A stretch of 64,000 nt of DNA from Rhodothermia bacterium (GTDB taxonomy: Bacteria; Bacteroidota; Rhodothermia; Rhodothermales; UBA2364), in the NCBI GenBank assembly GCA_017303715.1, contig JAFLBZ010000022.1, forward strand, positions 3,961 to 67,960. The letters run 5' to 3'. Both the position numbers and the translations under genes were made by a program. Of this stretch, positions 22,201 to 31,319 are shown in pieces. The first letter of the stretch is position 1, and each line of letters opens with the position of its first letter. The notes under the pieces were generated by a model. That model was not told where the DNA came from and searched no databases. It saw only the letters and a program-made list of their open reading frames with translations.

Positions 22201-22368
22201 GCAAGATTGTATGTGAGTGGGTACAACCTCTGGACGCTTACCAATTACACGGGCTGGGATCCAGAAGTCAATGCAGACGATATTGTAACGAACATCGCAC
22301 AAGGATACGATTTTTATTCCCCGCCACAACCAAAAACCGTTATGGTGGGCATAAACCTCGGCTTCTAA
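19282..22368 (+). CDS. SusC/RagA-family TonB-linked outer membrane protein
   Basis: N-terminal [19 protein letters not shown] domain, [51 protein letters not shown] and a terminal GINLGF. A SusD-like gene follows. Confidence 0.93.
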   Translation: [1028 protein letters not shown]

Positions 22369-22398
22369 ACCCTTCCATCTTAAACCAAAATAAACACG

Positions 22399-23739
22399 AT
22401 GAAAACTTTTAAAAACTGGTTGATGGCAGGCGTTCTTGCACTTGGACTTTCTGCCTGCGACCAAATGTTGGATGTTAAACCGGTATTGAGCATTGATGAT
22501 AAAACGGCTTTGCTGACATCTGCGGACGTACAGGTAACTTTGACCGGAGCCTATGACGGCCTAAGCAGTGGGGTATTTTATGGCGGAGCCGTACAGTACA
22601 CCGGAGAACTGCTTGGAGACGACCGAGAAGTGGTCTTTGGAGGGACTTATACCACCCTCGACGAACTCTACCGGAAAACCATTACCACAACCAATGTAGA
22701 TGTACGCGACATCTGGCAACAAGGTTATGCAACCATCAACCGCGCAAACCACGTAATTGCAGCACTTGATAAAGTCAATGCGGCAGACAAAGCTTCTTTC
22801 GAAGGGCAAGCTCGGTTTATTCGCGGTGTGGTGTATTTTGAATTAGCTCGTTTATTTGGTAAGGCATGGGGCGATGGCGACAACAACACCAACCTCGCGG
22901 TTCCAATTGTCCTTACACCCACGCTTTCCGTAGCCGAAGCCGACTTCAGATCGCGCGCAACCGTTGCAGCAGTCTATGCCCAAGTAATCGAAGACCTGAC
23001 CAAGGCCGCGACGCTCTTGCCCGAATCCTTCGATACTCCCGTTAATAAACTCACGGCACAAGCCATGCTCTCTCGTGTGTATCTGATGCAAAGCAATTAT
23101 GCTGCGGCTCGTGATGCTGCAAATTCCGTAATCGAAAATGGCGCGTATGCCTTGTTGCCTAATTTTGAAGCAGTATTCGCCGATGCTACAGCATCTGCGG
23201 AAATCATCTTTAGCATTGCAGTTTCCGAGCAAGACGGCGTGAACAACATGAATACGTTCTATGCCTCCACCGACAATCAAGGCCGAGGAGATATCCGTGT
23301 TCAAACCAAGCACCTTGATCTTTATGAGGCAAACGACGAGCGTGGTAAATTTTTTGAAACCGTGAGCAATCGCGTCTTTACCCTTAAATTTGCCGACCAA
23401 TATGGCGACGTGCCCATTATCCGTTTGGCCGAATTGTACCTAACCCGTGCAGAAGCCAACCAACGCTTAGGGACCACAACCGGAGCCACGCCAAAAGACG
23501 ATGTAAACCGTATTCGTACCCGCGCTGGTCTCACCAATTTGGCTACAGTCACGTTAAACCAAATCCTGAAAGAACGTAAATTAGAATTGGCTTTTGAAGG
23601 CCATCAAATTCATGACATTAAGCGCCTCAAGGGATCCGTTGGTACAACCGCATTTAGTGCCAACAACTTGGTTCTCCCTATTCCCCAAAGAGAAATAGAC
23701 ACCAACAAAAACTTGGTTCAGAATCCGGGATATAATTAA
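22399..23739 (+). CDS. SusD/RagB-family nutrient-binding lipoprotein
   Basis: Lipobox LGLSAC, YLTRAEANQRLG, ERKLELAFEGHQIHDIKR and PIPQREIDTN. Confidence 0.9.
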   Translation: MKTFKNWLMAGVLALGLSACDQMLDVKPVLSIDDKTALLTSADVQVTLTGAYDGLSSGVFYGGAVQYTGELLGDDREVVFGGTYTTLDELYRKTITTTNVDVRDIWQQGYATINRANHVIAALDKVNAADKASFEGQARFIRGVVYFELARLFGKAWGDGDNNTNLAVPIVLTPTLSVAEADFRSRATVAAVYAQVIEDLTKAATLLPESFDTPVNKLTAQAMLSRVYLMQSNYAAARDAANSVIENGAYALLPNFEAVFADATASAEIIFSIAVSEQDGVNNMNTFYASTDNQGRGDIRVQTKHLDLYEANDERGKFFETVSNRVFTLKFADQYGDVPIIRLAELYLTRAEANQRLGTTTGATPKDDVNRIRTRAGLTNLATVTLNQILKERKLELAFEGHQIHDIKRLKGSVGTTAFSANNLVLPIPQREIDTNKNLVQNPGYN

Positions 23740-23771
23740 CCAAAAAAACGGATGTAGTTTGCTCCGAAGAG

Positions 23772-23802
23772 CGGTCACATCATTACGGTGTGGCCGTTTT
23801 TT
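23772..23802 (+). terminator. Rho-independent terminator
   Basis: CGGTCACA pairs with TGTGGCCG (one G-U pair) and is followed by T6. Confidence 0.6.
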
Positions 23803-23988
23803 GTTTCGCATGGTGGAAAATGGAGAATGGAATGTGGGGAATGAATAATGAGCAATGGAGAATGGTATTAATGATTTAACCAATCTTCCAACCAATCTTT
23901 TGGAGGCGCTAATTTCAAAGTGCTTTGTCTAATGTATGGTTTGTCTTAACTTATACGGTTACAAATTATCCACTCACTAAAAAAAACC

Positions 23989-24894
23989 ATGAACTTCACC
24001 CCTTGGAAAGGCGTTTTTTCCGCCGTCACCACAAAATTTAAACCAGACTTCTCCTTGGATATTGCCCGCATGGAGCAACATTTTAGCGAGCAAATGGCAG
24101 CCGGAATACATGGCATCATTGTAAATGGCTCTTTGGGCGAGAATGCAAGTCTCAGCACCGAAGAAAAACTCGAAACGCTCCGAATTGCGCTTCGTGTAGC
24201 TGAAGGTAAAATTCCGGTGCTTTCTGGCGTGGCCGAAACCACCACGAAGGGCGTTTTGGCCTTTATAGCCGCCGCAACACAAATAGGAGCAAATGGCTTT
24301 ATGGTACTCCCGCCCATGCGATACCCCGCAGAAGCCCAAGAAACCCTGCACCATTTTAGAACCGTTGGCGTAGCCGCCGAAGTCCCGATCATGGTTTATA
24401 ACAATCCAGTGGCGTACAAAGTGGACGTTACGCCCAGTATGTTCAGTGAATTAGCCGATGTACCACAATTGGTGGCTTTGAAGGAGTCCTCCGATAACGT
24501 CCGCCGTGTCTCTGACATTGCCAATGCGTGTGGCAATCGCTACCAAATTTTTACGGGCGTGGATAATATTGCTTTAGAAAGTCTGCTGATGGGTGCTGTT
24601 GGCTGGGTCGCCGGATTGGTTTGCGCCTTTCCAAAAGAAACAGTGGCCATCTATGAACACGCTATGGCTGGACGAGTGCAAGAAGCGGTGGCCATTTATC
24701 GCTGGTTTCGTCCGTTGTTAGACCTCGACGTGACACCCCGTTTTGTGCATTACATCAAATACACCGAGGCCCTTGTTTCCGGATATGAAAATGATGCCCT
24801 TATCCGTGAGCCACGCTTGCCTATGCCAGAGGTGGAACGTAAACAAGTAGAAGTCATCATCCGCAAGGCTTTGGAAAATCGTCCAGCGTGTTAA
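23989..24894 (+). CDS. Dihydrodipicolinate synthase (DapA) family lyase, substrate unknown
   Basis: GIIVNGSLGENASLSTEEK, Schiff-base lysine context LVALKESSDN, and a length of 301 aa. Confidence 0.85.
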   Translation: MNFTPWKGVFSAVTTKFKPDFSLDIARMEQHFSEQMAAGIHGIIVNGSLGENASLSTEEKLETLRIALRVAEGKIPVLSGVAETTTKGVLAFIAAATQIGANGFMVLPPMRYPAEAQETLHHFRTVGVAAEVPIMVYNNPVAYKVDVTPSMFSELADVPQLVALKESSDNVRRVSDIANACGNRYQIFTGVDNIALESLLMGAVGWVAGLVCAFPKETVAIYEHAMAGRVQEAVAIYRWFRPLLDLDVTPRFVHYIKYTEALVSGYENDALIREPRLPMPEVERKQVEVIIRKALENRPAC

Positions 24895-25003
24895 CGAAAT
24901 CAGGCGTTTTCATTCGGCCTACAATAGTTTATCAAAAACGATTTACACAGGATAAGATAAACGTTCCGTTAAGACTCACAGCCAAATTACAAATGTTCGC
25001 TCT

Positions 25004-25681
25004 ATGAAAATGCACCTTATTTTGTGTGAAGACGAGCCTAAAATCGCAAGATTCATCCTACAAGGACTGAAAGAAGAAGGGCACGACGTTACGTGGCATA
25101 CACACGGGGAATCAGTAGTACACGAAATAGCCAAAAAACAGTACGATATATTAATATTAGACCTTAGACTTCCCGACATTGACGGCCTGACCGTCTGCCG
25201 AGAAGTCCGAAAAATCCGCCCACTTCAACCGATTTTAATGCTGACAGCTTTAGATGCCATCGAAGATCGAGTGGCTGGATTACGCGCAGGTGCGGATGAC
25301 TATCTGCCCAAACCTTTTGCTTTTGATGAATTAATTGCCCGCCTCGAAGCTCTTTATCGGCGCTCTCGCCAACAAGGAGATGCCATTTTGCAGGCTGGAA
25401 ATTTTATGATAGACCCCTACTCACATACTTGTACCTACAAGAAAGAGCCGGTTTCGCTGAGTCCGCGTGAGTTTGATTTGATGCTTTATTTTGTCACCCA
25501 TGCCGACCAAAACATTCCACGCGAAACCTTGTATAGGGAGGTTTGGCAAATGCCTTTTGAACCCAATACCAATGTGGTAGAAGTATATGTTCGCTACCTT
25601 CGCAAAGCCTTGCAAACGGTGAACTGCCGTGATGCGATCGTATCGGTTCGTGGTGTTGGGTATCGCCTAAACACAGTATAA
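25004..25681 (+). CDS. OmpR-family response regulator
   Basis: Receiver motif DLRLPDIDG, LTA, a conserved K, and a winged-helix C-terminus (VRGVGYRL). Confidence 0.92.
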   Translation: MKMHLILCEDEPKIARFILQGLKEEGHDVTWHTHGESVVHEIAKKQYDILILDLRLPDIDGLTVCREVRKIRPLQPILMLTALDAIEDRVAGLRAGADDYLPKPFAFDELIARLEALYRRSRQQGDAILQAGNFMIDPYSHTCTYKKEPVSLSPREFDLMLYFVTHADQNIPRETLYREVWQMPFEPNTNVVEVYVRYLRKALQTVNCRDAIVSVRGVGYRLNTV

Positions 25682-25684
25682 GCC

Positions 25685-27076
25685 ATGCCTTCAGTGCCTG
25701 TTCTGCCCTTTCGGTCTCGTCTTTTTCGTGCTTTGTTACCCACGTTTTTGGGAACCATGCTGTTCATCTTTATCCTAACAGCCGGCAGCATTGTTGCCAC
25801 TTTCCACTTTTCCGACCGCAGGGTTTTGGAAGATGAACTGTCCGAGATTTCGGGGGCAGTGATGTTTCAAAATAAGATTGTACCCCCCCGTTACCATTGG
25901 TCTGAGCCACACCATACCCACATCCACCCAAGACTCAATCCACAATTCGTACAATTATTTGATCCAAACGGGAAATTGCTTTTTGCCTCCGAAAACATCA
26001 ATGAACTCAAGGGGTACCCATCTTCATTGAAACAGCAAGACGGCTTTTTTACGGACAATCATTCTGGACACGGCATGTTATTTTTGTCAAAAAGTATAGC
26101 CGATAACAATGGAAATGTGCTGGGCTACATCCAGATTGGACAATTCGAGATAGACCGAAGTCCATTATATGGCTTAGGAGTGCTGGTATTGGCCCTTGTG
26201 GTTGTGGTGGCCATGCTCCTATGGTGGTTTCTGCTACAAAACCTCGCGCTTCGCGTCACTAAACCACTCGAATTTATCTCGGATGCCGCCCAGAAAATCT
26301 CTTTGCATACACGCGAATACCGAATTCCTCCCATTACTGATGCCGACATAGAGACGCTTCGATTGGCCGAAGCCCTTAACAATTTACTTGTGAGACTCCA
26401 AAAAAACTTCGACGAGATGAAGGCTTTTACGGCCCATGCCGCCCACGAACTACAAACCCCAATTACGGCACTTCTTGGATCGGTGGAGGTGGCGCTTCGG
26501 AGAGAACGGACACCAGAAGCCTATCAAGAGACCTTACATAATCTCCATGCCGAATTAAAATCCATGCGCGATGTTGTGAGAAGTTTGTTGGAATTGGCCC
26601 GATTAGAACATGTTGCTAATTCGTCCAACACCGAAATTGTGGATTTTTCTCGACTTGTGCTGGAAACTGCTTTAGATCATCAACCAAAATTTAGTCAGAA
26701 AAACCTAATATTGAACATAGGCATTCAACCAGATGTTAAATTGACAGGAAACAGAGAGCAGTTAAAACGACTCATTGAGAACATCTTAGACAATGCACAG
26801 AAATATACCCAAACGGGAGGCGCAGAACTTGTTCTTAAAGATGATCCACCCACCCTTACTGTTCAAGATACGGGCTTGGGCATACGGCAGGATGACCTCG
26901 CAAAAGTAGGAACACGCTTTTTCCGGGCTAAGGAAATGACAGCTCATGGCATATCCGGTAGCGGACTGGGCATGGCACTCGTAAAGGAAATTACGCAAAA
27001 GCACCATGCCCAACTTCTCATCACTTCTCAACCTAATGCTGGAACAAAGGTCATCGTTCGGTTCAAGAGGGCTTGA
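25685..27076 (+). CDS. Sensor histidine kinase (two TM segments, HAMP, HisKA, HATPase; heavy-metal-sensor-like architecture)
   Basis: H-box AHELQTPIT, N-box DNAQKYT, and G-boxes DTGLGI and GSGLGMALV. Starts 4 nt after the regulator gene. Confidence 0.9.
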   Translation: MPSVPVLPFRSRLFRALLPTFLGTMLFIFILTAGSIVATFHFSDRRVLEDELSEISGAVMFQNKIVPPRYHWSEPHHTHIHPRLNPQFVQLFDPNGKLLFASENINELKGYPSSLKQQDGFFTDNHSGHGMLFLSKSIADNNGNVLGYIQIGQFEIDRSPLYGLGVLVLALVVVVAMLLWWFLLQNLALRVTKPLEFISDAAQKISLHTREYRIPPITDADIETLRLAEALNNLLVRLQKNFDEMKAFTAHAAHELQTPITALLGSVEVALRRERTPEAYQETLHNLHAELKSMRDVVRSLLELARLEHVANSSNTEIVDFSRLVLETALDHQPKFSQKNLILNIGIQPDVKLTGNREQLKRLIENILDNAQKYTQTGGAELVLKDDPPTLTVQDTGLGIRQDDLAKVGTRFFRAKEMTAHGISGSGLGMALVKEITQKHHAQLLITSQPNAGTKVIVRFKRA

Positions 27077-27087
27077 TTCTCTTAGAA

Positions 27088-27630
27088 TCATTTCTTCTCG
27101 TGATCTTCTTTTTCTGACGCTTCATGGTTTAAGTGTGTGTTTCTTTTCTGCTCGCCAAATGTAGTGGTATCGGCAGGCGACTTTTCGCCTCCCTCGCCTT
27201 CTCCTCCAAAGCTATCTGCCCAATCTTTTAAGGTTTTTACATCTTGCGCATTTAGTTTTGCTTCCGGGTGCATCAAAAGATAATCCCAAGTGGGCATCTC
27301 CCCTTTATTGATGACCTCCATTATCTCTTCAGGAATCTCCGCTTTTTCCTCGCCTTGTGGCTGATCCCACGTGGAAAAGTTCACCTTGCTGCGCCCTTCA
27401 TCCACATGATGCCGAATCATAAACTTGACGGGGGCAAGGTAGCTATACCAAGGCCATTTGGTCTCGTTGGAGTGGCAGTCGTAGCAAGACCTTCTCAAAA
27501 TGTCCTTTACAGGCTTGGGTGCAGGCATGTCCATGGTTACACTTGGATTGGTTCGGTCAATGGGAATTAATTGCATGAGGATAAAAAGCCCCAAAACTGC
27601 CACTAAAACCCAATTCAATTTCTTTTTCAT
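27088..27630 (-). CDS. Haem-binding-domain protein (secreted/anchored)
   Basis: Signal anchor, then SCYDCHSNETKWPWYSYLAPV...HV..GR, as I recall for the Haem-binding domain family. Convergent with the kinase gene. Confidence 0.6.
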   Translation of the reverse strand: MKKKLNWVLVAVLGLFILMQLIPIDRTNPSVTMDMPAPKPVKDILRRSCYDCHSNETKWPWYSYLAPVKFMIRHHVDEGRSKVNFSTWDQPQGEEKAEIPEEIMEVINKGEMPTWDYLLMHPEAKLNAQDVKTLKDWADSFGGEGEGGEKSPADTTTFGEQKRNTHLNHEASEKEDHEKK

Positions 27631-27874
27631 AGCGTATTATGGTTAGGTGAACGTCATTGGTTTTGGTCAAAAGTAGCCTCACAAAGATGAGAAAACCATT
27701 AGAATCATTTTTCATTTCCGAAAAACACCGACCACACCCCTGTCTCACAAGCCACTAAGTCAAAGAATTACGGCATTTTTGAAGTGTGGATTCACAAAAA
27801 GGATGCCTATAAACACGTCTTGACGTCTTATCTTCCCAGCATCAAATTTCTTAAAATTCCTCAGTTGCCAACGT

Positions 27875-29308
27875 ATGAAACCAAATTTAATTGCCGGCGC
27901 ATGGCGCAATGCCACTGAAGTGCAGCCCAACATTAATCCCTCCGATACAGAAGATATAATTGACCAATATGCTCATAGTGGCATAGCAGATGTTGATGAT
28001 GCGGCAGAGGCTGCTTATTTGGCCGGAAAAACGTGGCGTAAAAGTACACCGCAACAACGTTTTGATCTATTAGACGCTATAGGAACCGAGATATTGGCCC
28101 GAAAAGCGGAATTAGGAGACTTGCTCTCACGAGAGGAAGGCAAAACCTTGCCAGAGGGTATTGGGGAGGTCACCCGTGCCGGACAAATCTTTAAGTTCTT
28201 CGCCGGAGAAGCCCTGCGAACTTCGGGCGAAACCTTGCCATCCATCCGGCCAAACATCCAAGTAGAAATCAGCCGAGAACCGCTTGGGGCTATAGGCATT
28301 ATCACTCCTTGGAACTTCCCCATGGCCATTCCTGCTTGGAAAATTGCGCCCGCGCTTGCATACGGCAATACGGTTGTGTTCAAACCCGCCGAATTGGTTC
28401 CGGGGTGTGCTTGGGCATTGGCGGACATCATCCATCGCGCTGGAATTCCGGGCGGCGTCTTTAATTTGGTCATGGGGCGTGGTGCAGACGTCGGAAAAGC
28501 CTTGGTGGAGCATCCAAAGATTTCCGGCATTAGTTTTACCGGAAGCATTGTAACCGGAAAAGAAGTGGCCACCACTTGCGCACTATTCCAAAAGAAGGTG
28601 CAATTAGAGATGGGCGGTAAAAATCCTTTAGTTGTTTTGGATGATGCCGATTTGGGCAATGCCGTCGAAAGTGCCATTAATGGCGCTTTTTTTTCCACAG
28701 GTCAACGCTGTACCGCTTCCAGCCGTTTGATTGTAACAGAAGGCATCCATGACCGCTTTGTGGATGCGATGGTAGAGCGTCTCTCGAAGTTAAAAGTGGG
28801 AGATGCTCGCGAATCTGGTGTGGAAATGGGACCTGTGGTGGATGAGGTACAGTTGGCAAAAGACCTGAAATACATCCAACAGGCGATCCGAGAAGGGGCT
28901 AAACTTGCTTTTGGTGGGGATATTCTGTCCAAAAACAAGCCTGGACATTTTTTGGCGCCTACGTTATTTGTAGAAACCACCAATCAAATGACCCTCAATC
29001 GTGAAGAAGTATTTGGGCCTATCGCTGGCGTTATCCGTGTAAAAGACTACGAAGAAGCCCTTTTTGTAGCAAACGATACACCTTTTGGCCTTTCATCAGG
29101 CATTTGTACAAGTTCCTTAAAGTTTGCTCAACACTTCAAAAACCATGCAGAAGCTGGTATGGTAATGGTGAACCTTCCAACGGCCGGCGTGGACTATCAC
29201 GTTCCTTTTGGCGGAACCAAAGGCTCCAGTTTTGGATCACGTGAGCAAGGGAGTTATGCCAAAGAGTTTTATACGACCGTCAAAACCACTTATCTCTTCG
29301 CCGGATAA
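27875..29308 (+). CDS. NAD(P)-dependent aldehyde dehydrogenase (2,5-dioxovalerate / 2-oxoglutaric semialdehyde dehydrogenase-like)
   Basis: ITPWNFP, FTGS, EMGGKNP (catalytic Glu), GQRCTASSR (catalytic Cys) and EEVFGP. Confidence 0.88.
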   Translation: MKPNLIAGAWRNATEVQPNINPSDTEDIIDQYAHSGIADVDDAAEAAYLAGKTWRKSTPQQRFDLLDAIGTEILARKAELGDLLSREEGKTLPEGIGEVTRAGQIFKFFAGEALRTSGETLPSIRPNIQVEISREPLGAIGIITPWNFPMAIPAWKIAPALAYGNTVVFKPAELVPGCAWALADIIHRAGIPGGVFNLVMGRGADVGKALVEHPKISGISFTGSIVTGKEVATTCALFQKKVQLEMGGKNPLVVLDDADLGNAVESAINGAFFSTGQRCTASSRLIVTEGIHDRFVDAMVERLSKLKVGDARESGVEMGPVVDEVQLAKDLKYIQQAIREGAKLAFGGDILSKNKPGHFLAPTLFVETTNQMTLNREEVFGPIAGVIRVKDYEEALFVANDTPFGLSSGICTSSLKFAQHFKNHAEAGMVMVNLPTAGVDYHVPFGGTKGSSFGSREQGSYAKEFYTTVKTTYLFAG

Positions 29309-29310
29309 CC

Positions 29311-30183
29311 ATGACCTACGGCCTAACCGGAAATACCAATAAAGAACTGCTGTGGGATCCTGTGATGCAAGCCATTTTATGGTTCGAGCGATCACAAGTC
29401 CCCTATCGTTTGTATGAACCATTGGCCAAAGGGTTGGTGGAACGAGGACGGCTTGCGCCTTCAGTTGCCGAACAGGTGGCCACAGCTGCCCTGCACGAGA
29501 CCGATTTGGTGTTGTCTTTCGGCGGTGATGGAACCATTATCAATACTGCTCGCTTGATCGCTCCTCATGGTACGCCAGTGTTGGGGGTAAATATTGGTAG
29601 ATTAGGCTTTCTTGCAGACCTTGAAATCTCGAATATTGAGGCTGCTTTGGAAAAGATACAGCTTGGGCAATATAAGGTCGTCCCGCGTATGGCCTTGGAG
29701 CTTTTGTTGCCCAATGATAACACGCCAAGATGGGCTTTAAATGAGTTTGTGGTTAACAAAGGCGCTAATGCCTCCCTCATCAACATTACCGCACATATTA
29801 ATGGTACACATTTGTGCCATTATTGGGCAGATGGCCTTATCATCTCCACGCCCACTGGCTCAACAGCCTATTCCCTTTCAGCCGGAGGCCCTATCCTTGT
29901 CCCCGGAAGTGCCTGCTTTGCACTAACCCCACTTGCACCCCATACACTCACCATGCGCCCTTTGGTGGTTCCTAATACTTCGGTCGTGGAGTTGAGCGTG
30001 CCCGAAAAAGATTGTCCGTTTTTTCTTGCCGTAGATGGCCAAGTGGAGCATTTAGAAGTGACGTCTAACCGACTCATCCTCCACGAAGCCAAACATACCT
30101 TTAACTTAGTGCTTTTAGAAGGTCATGATTATTTCTCTACCCTGCGTGGAAAATTGGGCTGGGGCGTGCATGTACGTGCATAA
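29311..30183 (+). CDS. nadK: NAD kinase
   Basis: GGDGT, NEFVV and DGLIISTPTGSTAYSLSAGGPI. Starts 2 nt after the aldehyde dehydrogenase stop. Confidence 0.9.
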   Translation: MTYGLTGNTNKELLWDPVMQAILWFERSQVPYRLYEPLAKGLVERGRLAPSVAEQVATAALHETDLVLSFGGDGTIINTARLIAPHGTPVLGVNIGRLGFLADLEISNIEAALEKIQLGQYKVVPRMALELLLPNDNTPRWALNEFVVNKGANASLINITAHINGTHLCHYWADGLIISTPTGSTAYSLSAGGPILVPGSACFALTPLAPHTLTMRPLVVPNTSVVELSVPEKDCPFFLAVDGQVEHLEVTSNRLILHEAKHTFNLVLLEGHDYFSTLRGKLGWGVHVRA

Positions 30184-30267
30184 GAAAGTTTTAAAATGAA
30201 CGTGAAGTCTCCATTTTGGTTGACATCTTAATGCTTGTGTTGTATATTGCTGTTCCTGATAAAAATC

Positions 30268-30340
30268 GGTCGAGTAGCTCAGTTGGTAGAGCAAAGGACT
30301 GAAAATCCTTGTGTCGGCGGTTCAAGTCCGTCCTCGACCA
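30268..30340 (+). tRNA. tRNA-Phe (anticodon GAA)
   Basis: A 73-nt cloverleaf read by hand. Acceptor GGTCGAG/CTCGACC, D arm GCTC/GAGC, anticodon stem AAGGA/TCCTT with loop CTGAAAA, and T arm GGCGG-TTCAAGT-CCGTC. CCA is not encoded. Confidence 0.93.
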
Positions 30341-30350
30341 CATTATAAAG

Positions 30351-30388
30351 GGGTTGTCTCACAAGTTAGTTAGAGTCAACCCTTTTTT
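30351..30388 (+). terminator. Hairpin plus T-run downstream of tRNA-Phe
   Basis: GGGTTGTCTC pairs with GAGTCAACCC (one mismatch) and is followed by T6. Confidence 0.6.
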
Positions 30389-30421
30389 ATATACCAATAA
30401 GATTTTTATATACCAATAAGA
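30384..30421. repeat. Perfect tandem duplication of a 19-bp unit (TTTTTATATACCAATAAGA, two copies)
   Basis: Read directly from the sequence. Copies lie at 30384-30402 and 30403-30421, between the tRNA terminator and the IS remnant. Confidence 0.9.
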
Positions 30422-30435
30422 ATTGTATTTTTTAT

Positions 30436-31013
30436 CTACATCTGCCTCCTAAAAGCCATTTGGAGGGTTAATGGCCTATCAACAAAGTTCCAAAGTGAAA
30501 AAGAGCGAATCACGGCCCATTTCTTGATATTTTGAGCCAAACAGAGTAAACCCATCTCTACTTTTACCTTTGACAAACCCCGAAGTAAAAACCGCTTGAA
30601 ATTGGCGTTCCATTTGATATTACCAAAACATGATTCCACATCTACACTTCGATGAGCATAGATCGCTTTACCCGATTCACTTTCCAACAATTCTCTTGCC
30701 TTATCCTTAATACGTTCAAACGGTGATTTACGCTTATCTTGCGATTCCCTTTCCCTTTAAAGCACGAACCTCGAAGCGGACAACCTGTACAGTTTTGCGC
30801 TTGGTACACACTGACCAATGACTCAAATCCTGTTGTACTCTTTACCTTCCTTGTCGAGCATAAACCCATTCGTTGACCCACTGGACACACATAGTAATCT
30901 TGAGCGCTATTGTAATGTAAATTCTGCACTTTAGACGGGTCTAAACCCCACTTCTTGCTCTGTTCCTTACCATAAATGTTATACTTTACATAAGCCTCTA
31001 ATAAAGGTTCATT
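30436..31013 (-). pseudogene. IS1182-family-like DDE transposase, C-terminal fragment with a frameshift
   Basis: Two overlapping ORFs (30642-30929, 30436-30690) plus an in-frame upstream extension to about 31013. They carry YYVCPVGQ...C.GCPLRGSC and AHRSVDVESCFGNIKWN, typical of IS1182/IS5-type C-termini. The N-terminal half is missing. Confidence 0.7.
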
Positions 31014-31023
31014 TTACAAAAAC

Positions 31024-31275
31024 TTGCCCCTTGACCAAGCGAGTGCATTGAGCCGCAAACTTGAATTTCATTACACCCCTAAACACGGATCGTGGTTAAA
31101 TATGGCAGAGATAGAATTTTCTGCACTTTCCCGTCAATGTTTAGACCATAGAATAGGTCAGAAAGAGATTTTAGAACAAGAAGTATTGGCATGGCAATGC
31201 AATCGCAACGATTTGGCTATAAAGATTGGTTGGTCATTTACCACAGACAAGGCAAGAGAAAAAACTAAAAAATAG
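31024..31275 (+). pseudogene. IS630-family-like transposase, C-terminal 83-aa fragment
   Basis: LEFHYTPKHGSWLNMAEIEFSALSRQCL matches the conserved DDE_3/IS630 C-terminus. No N-terminal part is present, and it abuts the IS1182-like fragment head to head. Confidence 0.7.
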
Positions 31276-31319
31276 GTATCAAGCCGTTTGTAGTAATAAT
31301 ACCGAAAATTAAAACGTTA

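Noticed and set aside
22852-23400. 182-aa ORF antisense to the SusD-like gene
   Set aside because: Shadow ORF with no recognisable features. The SusD call on the plus strand is strong.
23819-23899. Short direct repeats upstream of the DapA-family gene (AATGGAGAATGG twice, 35 nt apart; AACCAATCTT twice, 12 nt apart)
   Set aside because: These are short, low-complexity motifs that could be operator sites, but nothing in the sequence supports that. The 104-aa ORF covering them (23581-23895) is antisense noise.
28015-28698. 227-aa ORF antisense to the aldehyde dehydrogenase gene
   Set aside because: It lies entirely inside a strongly supported CDS on the other strand and has a low-complexity Pro/Ser/Ala-rich translation with no motifs. 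This is a typical shadow ORF.
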